64,000 nucleotides of DNA from the sequence record MW394390.1. One strand, given 5' to 3'. The notes under the pieces are model-generated. The model was not told the DNA's origin. It saw only the letters and a program-made list of their open reading frames with translations, and searched no databases. Position 1 is the stretch's first letter, and every line of letters begins with the position of its first letter. Below, in pieces: positions 19,366 through 27,360 of this stretch. Origin of the DNA: Klebsiella phage vB_KpM_FBKp34. The position numbers and the translations under genes were made by a program.

Positions 19366-19846
19366 CTGTTGACGTTACGTTATTGTCTCGCCCTATGTGA
19401 TAAATCATAACAGATTGGGCCTGGTAGTCAATAGGCAAAACATAATCTTTACATTATTCAGAAAAATGAATAGAAATGCACCTGTATGCAAATAATCACA
19501 CGATGAAACTAAATTTAAGACGCTTTTAGCGTTTCGGGAAAAGTCAATACCCCGTAAAACGCTCTAAAACGCATTCTAAGAGGCTCTAACCGTTTGCCAT
19601 ACCCTTAATTATCTTGCGCGAGAAGTCCTTAAATTCACTTTTTTGCATAACGCAAAAATGAAAAATAATTCTGTAACTAGTTGACGTTTTAAATTTTGTA
19701 TGTTTTTACTAATTTCATTGTATCTTTTAAAAATACACCTAACATCATACCAGGTGCACGACCTTTTGACACTTTGTCAAGTGGTAAAATATTTCCTTTA
19801 TTATCGATCTCTCTTACAATAATTTTTGGAACATCGTTTTTATTTA

Positions 19847-20164
19847 TCATGCTACACTCTCATGTTGACAAGAAAAAACATCGTTCACAATATCACTAAT
19901 GACATAGAATAGATCTTTCGGGGGAATATTTTTCCCGCCATCCTGGGCTAATAATTGATTGTCTTGTGAAAGTTCATAATTTAAATCAAAACCGCCTTTT
20001 TCTTTCTTTGTAGTAATAGTTAATAATAGACCTTTGTCAACTATTCTTTCGCTTGTGAATCTAAAATTCATAGTATTAGAAAATGACCGAATGTCAACTA
20101 AAACATGATCTTTACATTCTGAAAAGAAAAAAGAATCATTCGCTTTCATTAGATTTTGCCCCAA
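19847..20164 (-). CDS. hypothetical protein
   Basis: 105-aa ORF. Confidence 0.4.
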   Translation of the reverse strand: MGQNLMKANDSFFFSECKDHVLVDIRSFSNTMNFRFTSERIVDKGLLLTITTKKEKGGFDLNYELSQDNQLLAQDGGKNIPPKDLFYVISDIVNDVFSCQHESVA

Positions 20165-20409
20165 CGTTTAAAACCTGTATTGGTATTAGATTTTAATTCA
20201 GTTTTAAGACGTTTGCAACGGCTTTTCATTGCAAAATGAAACGGGGTAACAATTGTTGATCCGGTGTTGGTGTGGATCTTCATTACATTTTGTTTCATAG
20301 TCAGACCTTTAAAAGTTAGAATAGCATAAATAATAGTTACAGGTGAAATAATTAACAGACCTATTAAATCAAAACAGAATCTATCATTTAAAATATTTAA
20401 TGTTTCCAT
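20149..20409 (-). CDS. small membrane protein
   Basis: hydrophobic segment LIGLLIISPVTIIYAILTF. Confidence 0.4.
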   Translation of the reverse strand: METLNILNDRFCFDLIGLLIISPVTIIYAILTFKGLTMKQNVMKIHTNTGSTIVTPFHFAMKSRCKRLKTELKSNTNTGFKRWGKI

Positions 20410-20676
20410 TTTGTAAATCTCTCTTTGTTTGCCTGATTAAGAGAATAGATCAACAAAATAGAAAAAGCAAGAAAAATTTAAAACAAATTTAAAGCCCCTA
20501 GAATCCATTCTAAGAGGCTTTAATCTTTCTCAATAGGTTTCCTTATTCTTCCCAATTAAAACGCTTGCGTTGCGGCTTGTTGCGTTTATTGCTACGCTCC
20601 CGGCGGTCGTCTGTCTCATTCCATTCTAAACGCTGTTTACTGCTCTTAATCTTTTCAAAATTTTTGCTTTGCATCT

Positions 20677-20967
20677 TTAATCTTCCAATGTTTGTTTAAT
20701 ATAATTTTCTTCGTGATATTTTTCTTCTGTTACTTCGTCTTCACCGCCTTGCGCAATAATTTCAAATGAAATTATTTCGTTTAAAACTTTCTTTTGTCTT
20801 AAACCTATTTCAAAGATCATTGCTTGCTCGTGGCACATAACAGAAGAAATTAAATAATCACCTTTGTTATCAAGTATTTTGTAACAGTAATAAGTTTTAT
20901 AAACTGGATCATTTAATACCCGTTTAATAAACTTACTTAATACATAAGTTTTCGCCTGTTGTAACAT
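20677..20967 (-). CDS. hypothetical protein
   Basis: 96-aa ORF. Confidence 0.45.
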   Translation of the reverse strand: MLQQAKTYVLSKFIKRVLNDPVYKTYYCYKILDNKGDYLISSVMCHEQAMIFEIGLRQKKVLNEIISFEIIAQGGEDEVTEEKYHEENYIKQTLED

Positions 20968-20984
20968 AAAGCTACCTTTAAGTT

Positions 20985-21377
20985 TTAAGCATTTGTTTCA
21001 ATTACAGAATATACCTCTAAACCTAAATATTTTGCAAGTTCTTCTAATAATGTTTGTTGATCGCACCAGCTAGGGACATCAATATTAAATTTTCTTGCTG
21101 CCTGAGAAATAGCTGCTTCAGATCTATCATAACCATAACCGCCAGCCTTTGCACCTACTTGGCCATATAAGCCTAAAATAGGGGAATGAATCCAGAAACA
21201 AACATAATTAGTTGCTTTTGTTGCATAGTGGCGGATCTCCGCAAATGATTTAATTTGATTATCATGTAACCCAACAAGTGACAACGATTTATAATAGCCG
21301 TTTTCTTTTCTAAATCCTTTCAAGGATTCAGTAGATTCAACAACCATTTTTGAAAAGTCAAAAGTAGATTTAGTCAT
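20985..21377 (-). CDS. hypothetical protein
   Basis: 130-aa ORF. Confidence 0.5.
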   Translation of the reverse strand: MTKSTFDFSKMVVESTESLKGFRKENGYYKSLSLVGLHDNQIKSFAEIRHYATKATNYVCFWIHSPILGLYGQVGAKAGGYGYDRSEAAISQAARKFNIDVPSWCDQQTLLEELAKYLGLEVYSVIETNA

Positions 21378-21455
21378 TTTAAATATTCCTAGTTAGGGTT
21401 ATTTCTTTTCTCTATGCCCTATATCTTAACAGGGCATAACGAAAAGTCAAATAAA

Positions 21456-21800
21456 TTATAAATCTTTTTTACGGTCTACATCAGAGCAATGATTATAAAC
21501 TACAATACCAGATTCTCTAAGAGCACGTGATAAATAGCAGTAGTCCTCTAATTTTTCATCTAATATAACAACTTCTTTAAATTCTTTTAAAGCTACAGAA
21601 TCATAATGATCCCCATAGCCATATTCAAAAGGCACATTAACAATATTAATAATCTGTCCGTTAACTTCTACGTCAACTTTTAAAGAAAAGTATGTATTAC
21701 CATATGAGCGTTGAAACCATCGGCGTGCATTAATATGTACGCATTCAACATCCGACAATTTAACAAGACTTTTTTCTGCTTTATTAATATTTTTAGCCAT
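21456..21800 (-). CDS. hypothetical protein
   Basis: 114-aa ORF. Confidence 0.5.
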   Translation of the reverse strand: MAKNINKAEKSLVKLSDVECVHINARRWFQRSYGNTYFSLKVDVEVNGQIINIVNVPFEYGYGDHYDSVALKEFKEVVILDEKLEDYCYLSRALRESGIVVYNHCSDVDRKKDL

Positions 21801-21802
21801 TT

Positions 21803-21952
21803 TTTAATTTCCTGCTTCAATGTTTGTGTAAGTAATAATAACACAAACTAAACCAATTGCAAGCGTTGTAAGACATAAAACAAAACATTTTCTTTTTTCT
21901 GTTTTATTGATGAAACGGCTTGCTTCCATCATCATTTTGTGTTTATGATTCA
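21803..21952 (-). CDS. small membrane peptide (49 aa, not in ORF track)
   Basis: MNHKHKMMMEASRF...LAIGLVCVIITYTN hydrophobic core. Confidence 0.3.
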
Positions 21953-22008
21953 TCTTGTTACTCTTTTGTGGTTATATAATGACAGGTTATCTGTTAACAA
22001 CAATAGTA

Positions 22009-22359
22009 CTAAATGATAGTTAGTGAACTTTCAGGATATCCGTTCAAAATTGCGCCACTAAAGCGATGATAAAATGATACATTAACCGAATGTTCAAATG
22101 TACCGGGAGTACTGGATAATAGATCGCGCTCCATTTTGTTACGTTCAACCACCGAATTTTTGTCAAACGACAAAGAATATAATGGAGTACCATCACAATC
22201 GCGGGTATGTTCTACAACAAAAAGGCGTAAAAATTTTCCACGATCATCGCTTTCCACTTCAACTATAGTGTAAAGTGGGATATTATGTTTCAATGCTTCG
22301 TTGTTTTCACGAACCGTCTTGCCATTTTCTTCAACCATATCAGCCAGATTCATAAACAT
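22009..22359 (-). CDS. hypothetical protein
   Basis: 116-aa ORF. Confidence 0.5.
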   Translation of the reverse strand: MFMNLADMVEENGKTVRENNEALKHNIPLYTIVEVESDDRGKFLRLFVVEHTRDCDGTPLYSLSFDKNSVVERNKMERDLLSSTPGTFEHSVNVSFYHRFSGAILNGYPESSLTII

Positions 22360-22448
22360 GATAGTATTCCTTAAAAGTGGGAGAGGCTATCTCTCCCTAT
22401 GAAAAACATTATACAATACTCAGCTTACTTTGCAAGTACTTTTAATAA

Positions 22449-22706
22449 TTACAATGCAATGATATGATCGATTGCATCCTGAACAGTGTAAAAATCGATC
22501 TCTTCTTTAGTAGAAAGATTGGTAACAAGTACAGGAGTTGGGCCAGCGGTGTTCATACCTTTTGCAGAATGAATCGCACCTGTACTGGCGGAAATTTCAA
22601 AACCTTTGTAATTGAACACAACGCATCCATGAATTTCGTCGCCGTAGTTGCTGGAAAAATCCATACCCAAAATTTTCATACCTGTATAATTATGTAAAAC
22701 TTTCAT
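22449..22706 (-). CDS. hypothetical protein
   Basis: 85-aa ORF. Confidence 0.45.
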   Translation of the reverse strand: MKVLHNYTGMKILGMDFSSNYGDEIHGCVVFNYKGFEISASTGAIHSAKGMNTAGPTPVLVTNLSTKEEIDFYTVQDAIDHIIAL

Positions 22707-22751
22707 GTGTGACCTCTATTTTGCTTAAGTAAGCATCATATCAGATGAAAT

Positions 22752-22973
22752 TTATTTTTCAACTACCAATTGATACCATTTTTCAACATTAGTAAATACA
22801 ATTGTTTTATCATCTCGCACACTCATCAGCATACAAGGTGATAACATACGTTCGGCGGCTTTACAATCTGCATAAACTGTGCTGATCTCGCCTGGCTTGC
22901 TATCATCCGCCGGGAAAGTATCATTGATAAACACGTTGCCAGCCACCAGGGAAATAATTGCAAATGTAACCAT
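22752..22973 (-). CDS. hypothetical protein
   Basis: 73-aa ORF. Confidence 0.4.
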   Translation of the reverse strand: MVTFAIISLVAGNVFINDTFPADDSKPGEISTVYADCKAAERMLSPCMLMSVRDDKTIVFTNVEKWYQLVVEK

Positions 22974-23048
22974 TTTATCACCTCGTTAGATTGTTTGGTT
23001 TCTCTCTTCAATGCCTCTTATTATAAAGAGGCATCACAGAAAGTCAAC

Positions 23049-23213
23049 TTATTTTTTCAGGCTCAAAGTACCTTTACCGTCAACATGAGACAAGCCAGGG
23101 AAGATCCAGCCGTTTTCGCCTTTCACTGGCGCTTTCAGCTTCGCGCCTGTATTGGCGCTATTCACTTTACGGGCTACGTTGCGAGCGGCTTCGCGAGTAT
23201 TCATTGTGATCAT
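23049..23213 (-). CDS. small basic protein (about 55 aa, not in ORF track)
   Basis: MITMNTREAARNVARKV...; aaagagagaaaatt RBS like neighbouring genes; the antisense track ORF 22995..23261 is less plausible. Confidence 0.35.
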   Translation of the reverse strand: MITMNTREAARNVARKVNSANTGAKLKAPVKGENGWIFPGLSHVDGKGTLSLKK

Positions 23214-23290
23214 AATTTTCTCTCTTTGTTTAGTAGCGATAACTATTACCGCTTTGATTAACAGTTTACTATCTTTTAGATGTTTGTCAA

Positions 23291-23533
23291 CTATCGAACC
23301 GTAATTTTTTCACCTTTTACAATAATGTAATAACTCCCCGCATTGCTGTATACATCGCAATATACACGGCGCAACCGCCCTTTATAGTTGACTTTATGGC
23401 TTGTTTCAATCTTTTTGCCGTAGCCGCTAGCGGTTTTTGATAAGCCTTTTCCGTGCCACCATAACGGGGCATGGATCAAAGTTGCTTCAACGTCAGTGTG
23501 ATCGTAGCCGTTGCCAATTAATACAGTTGCCAT
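23291..23533 (-). CDS. hypothetical protein (start at internal MATVLIGNG)
   Basis: the track ORF's N-terminal extension overlaps promoter unit B, so I shortened it. Confidence 0.45.
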   Translation of the reverse strand: MATVLIGNGYDHTDVEATLIHAPLWWHGKGLSKTASGYGKKIETSHKVNYKGRLRRVYCDVYSNAGSYYIIVKGEKITVR

Positions 23534-23564
23534 AATTTTTACTCTCTTCTGTTGGTGTAGGGGA

Positions 23565-23593
23565 ATTATGCGCCCTTTCCTTGGGCGCGTCAA
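23565..23593 (-). promoter_or_regulatory. conserved promoter unit B: TTGACG-N17-CATAAT with hairpin spacer
   Basis: identical core to unit A. Confidence 0.55.
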
Positions 23594-23596
23594 GTA

Positions 23597-24133
23597 TTAT
23601 TGCGCGTTTTCAACAATACTTTTCAACACATCCACACCTTCCAGGAGGTCACGCGCCGCCTTTGTTGCCTCTTCCAGGGCTTCGGCTTCTCCCTCGTGCT
23701 CTTTCCACACTTCCTGGGCGACGTCTAACAATTGCCCCTCATCATCATATGAATAATCGAAACCGCAACCGATCACCGCACCATCTAACAGGGTATGAGA
23801 TCCGGCGGTAGCGTCAACCGTGAAATAATAATCACTTGCGTTAATATCGCGTGACAATTGCCGCTGTAAACTTTCATAGGCTTCCCGGCTAGGATTTTCT
23901 CGACCCTGTGCAGCATAGTAGCTTGCCAGTTCCGCGAGGGTAGTTTGTTGGGGAATGGCATATTTATAACTATTCCACCCGGCGTCGGCATTTTTGATAG
24001 TCACGCCGCCCTCGTGCTTATCGGTCATTTTCCATTGATCATCGAATCCATCATAACATTGTGCGCATACAACATTAACAGTAAAGTCGATGTTATTACG
24101 GGAGAAGTTGAAAGTTTCAATGATGTCAGACAT
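23597..24133 (-). CDS. hypothetical acidic protein
   Basis: 178-aa ORF, acidic C-terminus. Confidence 0.5.
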   Translation of the reverse strand: MSDIIETFNFSRNNIDFTVNVVCAQCYDGFDDQWKMTDKHEGGVTIKNADAGWNSYKYAIPQQTTLAELASYYAAQGRENPSREAYESLQRQLSRDINASDYYFTVDATAGSHTLLDGAVIGCGFDYSYDDEGQLLDVAQEVWKEHEGEAEALEEATKAARDLLEGVDVLKSIVENAQ

Positions 24134-24187
24134 AATTTTAATCTCTTTGTATCGGCGCGGGAACCATTCCCGCTGCCTATGAAGTGA

Positions 24188-24215
24188 ATTATACGTTACT
24201 GTGCGAATCTGTCAA
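24188..24215 (-). promoter_or_regulatory. sigma70-like promoter TTGACA-N16-TATAAT followed by 5'-UTR hairpin GCGGGAA-CCA-TTCCCGC (24157-24173)
   Basis: near-consensus hexamers. Confidence 0.55.
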
Positions 24216-24222
24216 GCGGTTT

Positions 24223-24444
24223 TTATTCGATATCTAAAAGTTTTTTCAGGCGGTTGATCTTCGCTTCGCGCTGCTCATGAGTGATCACGCTCATTTCAAC
24301 CAGGGAGTCAAGGAAAGCACAAACAATACAATAACCGTTAAAATCGGCTTCTCTTTCCATCTCACAAAAGCCATTAACAAGCACTTGGATCATATCATCG
24401 CCCGTTACCGCATGTTTATAAACTACGACGTGTAATGTTGCCAT
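24223..24444 (-). CDS. hypothetical protein (start MATLHVVVYKH)
   Basis: internal Met chosen; upstream part of the track ORF is GC-rich non-coding. Confidence 0.4.
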   Translation of the reverse strand: MATLHVVVYKHAVTGDDMIQVLVNGFCEMEREADFNGYCIVCAFLDSLVEMSVITHEQREAKINRLKKLLDIE

Positions 24445-24636
24445 TTTCTTTTCTTCCTGGTGTGCGGTGCGCCTGTCGCCCCGCTCTCGCTCTATGTGAT
24501 ACACTTTAAACCCTGCCGATCCTGGCGTCAATACCCTGGCGCAAATAAATCAGAAAAAAGTTTTCTTGCGTTATTCCTTGGATGGTGTATCTTTATACGT
24601 AAGCCGCCACGGTGGAGGCATAAAGAGGAAAGCAAC

Positions 24637-24939
24637 ATGATCACAAATACCCTACATTTAATGCACGTTTTAAGCTGGCAAGGTGGAACCGTTCACCAGG
24701 TAGCCAGGGCAACGGGTTTAACAGTGAGCGAGATCCTCGACCTGGACACGATAACGGCGCAACATGCCGATCCCTATAAAACGGGCTATCTTGCCGTAAA
24801 ACACGGCTTGCCAAGTGTGGCGGCGCTGGGCTTACAGAAGTATGATCCGGCGGCGTATGGTGATCAGTCTCACCTTTTCCGCGCACGCCTGGTGTCGTAC
24901 TGGCGCGGGGCGCTGGATGCACAAAAAGCCAAAAAATAA
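24637..24939 (+). CDS. hypothetical protein (only + strand gene in island)
   Basis: MITNTLHLMHVLSWQGG...; GC-rich. Confidence 0.4.
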   Translation: MITNTLHLMHVLSWQGGTVHQVARATGLTVSEILDLDTITAQHADPYKTGYLAVKHGLPSVAALGLQKYDPAAYGDQSHLFRARLVSYWRGALDAQKAKK

Positions 24940-25161
24940 ATTTGACAGCCTGGCAAAAGCTGGGCTATACTTCCCCTATACAGAAAAGTGACAGCCACCC
25001 CACGGCGTAAAGGCGGGGCTAACGTACCAGGTGCGGGGCCAGGTCGGAAGGTGAATCGCCGGTAGCTCGCCTTAAGTAGTTTTGTAAAGAAGTGTAAAGA
25101 TGCTTGATCCTGGTGTTGGTTGTGTTATTATTTCTACATGGCGAGGGGTAACGGGAATCGC

Positions 25162-25181
25162 GAGACAAACACCGAACCTGC
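25162..25181. repeat. 20-bp element GAGACAAACACCGAACCTGC, inverted partner of 15509-15528
   Basis: exact match. Confidence 0.7.
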
Positions 25182-25203
25182 GCGTCATTCTGCAAATGAG
25201 AAT

Positions 25204-25275
25204 GAGTCTCATTTTGGTTTGTAGATGAGAATAATTATCATTCAACATATCAAACGAGAACCATTCTCATTTGAG
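25204..25275. promoter_or_regulatory. three tandem TGAGA-N5-TCTCA-type palindromes (operator-like array)
   Basis: AAATGAGAATGAGTCTCATTT, GATGAGAATAATTATCATTC, GAGAACCATTCTC; same motif at 13268-13282 and 13576-13590. Confidence 0.5.
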
Positions 25276-25327
25276 GATCTTCCCAAGAAACTGCCTGGAT
25301 AAAAACATGGGTATGACGTGAACCAGA

Positions 25328-25560
25328 AAATTATGGATTTTGAAAATAGGGATGTCCAAAATGCTACAAATTTTTCCCGATTTGCCACAAAAATTTTCAT
25401 AAAATTTAAAATAGTTTGAATATTAAATCTTTTGAATAAAAATCTGTATCTTGCTATACTACATTGCGTTGTAAATATCACTTTTAAAAACATGGAATTG
25501 ACTTTTCACTAAAAAATTATGGATTTTAAAATTAGAAGTGTCAAAAATGCTAGATCGAAC
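25328..25560. repeat. two copies of about 40-bp direct repeat AAAATTATGGATTTTgAAAATAGgGATGTCcAAAATGCTA (25328-25370, 25516-25558)
   Basis: 37/40 identity; each begins a tiny ORF MDF... Confidence 0.6.
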
Positions 25561-25704
25561 ATGGTTTTAACATAAAACTTTATTTAAATTGTGTGTGCAT
25601 CTGTTATAAAGAAAGCTCAACTATAATTTCTTAAAGATGTTAAGTCAAGCCTTCTCTTGTGCAGATTTTTAAGTCAAAATATAAAAGGTCTGATCAATAA
25701 AATA

Positions 25705-25800
25705 TCACAGTTCTGAGTTGCTTTCAAAAACAGCCTTCGCCCACCCACGTGGAGTTAGAGAACGTAATATTTTAGTTTTCTTACCCTTTCCACCAGTTAA
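25705..25800 (-). pseudogene. duplicated 3' end of the C5-MTase-like gene (orphan C-terminal fragment)
   Basis: translates LTGGKGKKTKILRSLTPRGWAKAVFESNSEL versus intact gene C-term KLGGKSEKTKIIRSLTPRGFSRAVYESNKG. Confidence 0.65.
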
Positions 25801-25811
25801 CAATAAATAGA

Positions 25812-26318
25812 TTACCAAATCTCCCTTTGTATTACTGCTTCTTCAAACGTCTCAAAATTTTTACAAAGCATCTTATTTTCAACTCTCATTCTTGCCCTCC
25901 ACGGCTTCTTTTTATATTTAGTATCTATAGAAACACCGCGCCGATTTGAAGATTTGTTGGTTTTATTGGGAATTGAGCCACTACCTTTCCTTATGTTCTT
26001 GCTCATATCTATCGCTTGTAGATTTTCAATTCTATCATCAGAGATACCGCCTGTTTCTTTTATAGATTTAATATGGTCTATGATACAACCTTCAGGTACT
26101 TCTTTATTAAATAACAACCAAACTACAACATGTCTTAAGTAGTGCCTATTTTTATAACTAAAGTGCCAATAACCTCCATTCTTACGAGCACCTACCTCTC
26201 TACCTTTTACAGCGGCTGGGAGATTATAACAACGCCCAGAAAATGTATCTATCTTCCAATATAATCTACCTTCTTTATACTCAACTATTTCTTCCCAATT
26301 AATCTTAGTGTCTTCCAT
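25812..26318 (-). CDS. HNH homing endonuclease with C-terminal AP2 domain
   Basis: IDHIKSIKETGGISDDRIENLQ HNH motif; GVSIDTKYKKKPWRARMRV...FETFEEA AP2-like. Confidence 0.75.
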   Translation of the reverse strand: MEDTKINWEEIVEYKEGRLYWKIDTFSGRCYNLPAAVKGREVGARKNGGYWHFSYKNRHYLRHVVVWLLFNKEVPEGCIIDHIKSIKETGGISDDRIENLQAIDMSKNIRKGSGSIPNKTNKSSNRRGVSIDTKYKKKPWRARMRVENKMLCKNFETFEEAVIQREIW

Positions 26319-26323
26319 TCCTT

Positions 26324-27016
26324 TTATCCTTTATTACTTTCATATACTGCACGTGAAAACCCTCGCGGGGTAAGTGAACGTATTATTTTTGTCTTTTCAC
26401 TCTTTCCACCTAACTTACTGTATTGGCTAGAATACCCGATGGGCATTGCAACCGGATGCTTGGTAGGTAATATAAAACCATTTCCAACCCATAAACATGT
26501 TTTCTTCGGGTATGCGTCTTGTGCTGGAATATAATCTGGATAGGCGGGGTGAATATCACTATCTTTCAAATAACCTCCATATTCATAAGGGTGAAAAATA
26601 AAATCCGGTTTTCGCCAAAATGTAGACAAGACACTTACAGGGTTTTCTATCATATATGGTACATCATATTTATTAGCTAATGTCTCAGCAGCGCGGGCGA
26701 TTTCTACTGCTTCTTCCTGGAATTGAGGGTTTTCGAGTCTTTTTTGTGCAAAATGGGCTGCTCCTGAAACTGCCAAGTCTGTGCATGGTGGAAAAGCAAA
26801 TATGATCTCTGGTGTTGGTAGATCTGGTACATACCCATTAAAGATCCAAGCATTGATAAACTTAATATTTTTGTGCGAAACTCTTGCTCCATATCTTTCA
26901 TATGTTCCATGGTCTGCTGCGTCGGCATTAATACAAAATACTTTGTTACCGTTTTCTGCCCATGGTATACCCATATATCCAGATCCATCAAACAGGCAGT
27001 AGATGACTTTATTCAT
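26324..27016 (-). CDS. short DNA cytosine-5 methyltransferase-like protein (PCT variant of PCQ motif)
   Basis: motif I FDGSGYMG, motif IV FPPCTDLAVSG, motif VI MIENPVSVL in canonical order; only 230 aa. Confidence 0.5.
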   Translation of the reverse strand: MNKVIYCLFDGSGYMGIPWAENGNKVFCINADAADHGTYERYGARVSHKNIKFINAWIFNGYVPDLPTPEIIFAFPPCTDLAVSGAAHFAQKRLENPQFQEEAVEIARAAETLANKYDVPYMIENPVSVLSTFWRKPDFIFHPYEYGGYLKDSDIHPAYPDYIPAQDAYPKKTCLWVGNGFILPTKHPVAMPIGYSSQYSKLGGKSEKTKIIRSLTPRGFSRAVYESNKG

Positions 27017-27360
27017 TTATAGTTAATATCTCCAGACATTGATTTAGCTTTACCATGAATTGTCTTAGCATTGATATCCCCTGACATAGTGCTTGCATCT
27101 CCTTTAACTGTTTCACAAAAAAGATCTCCGCTCATGGTCGAAGCACTCTCAACATTTCCGTAAATAGTAGCATCTCCTGAACCCGTCTCAAGCTTATCGA
27201 CGTCTCCATGAATAGTGATATTTAGGTCTCCAACAAGACTATCCATGATAACTTTTCCATCTATCACAACTTTATCACCATTAATATACATATTACCACC
27301 AATATAATCCTGTCCATTGATAGTAATCTTACCAGTACCTGACTTAAAATTAAAATTCAT
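27013..27360 (-). CDS. beta-helix repeat protein (bactofilin-like?)
   Basis: repeating I-x-G-D/N-V and MSGD motifs. Confidence 0.3.
   Translation of the reverse strand: MNFNFKSGTGKITINGQDYIGGNMYINGDKVVIDGKVIMDSLVGDLNITIHGDVDKLETGSGDATIYGNVESASTMSGDLFCETVKGDASTMSGDINAKTIHGKAKSMSGDINYK

Noticed and set aside
23511-24922. GC-rich antisense ORFs (23511..23756, 23581..23811, 23785..23991, 23945..24187, 24641..24922)
   Set aside because: They lie antisense or out of frame to better-supported genes. Their Pro/Arg/Ser-rich translations are typical of spurious frames in GC-rich DNA.
25226-25245. Calling the palindromes bona fide Fur boxes
   Set aside because: The similarity to GATAATGATAATCATTATC is only partial (roughly 13-14 of 19). 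I kept it as a hypothesis under the TGAGA-N5-TCTCA finding.
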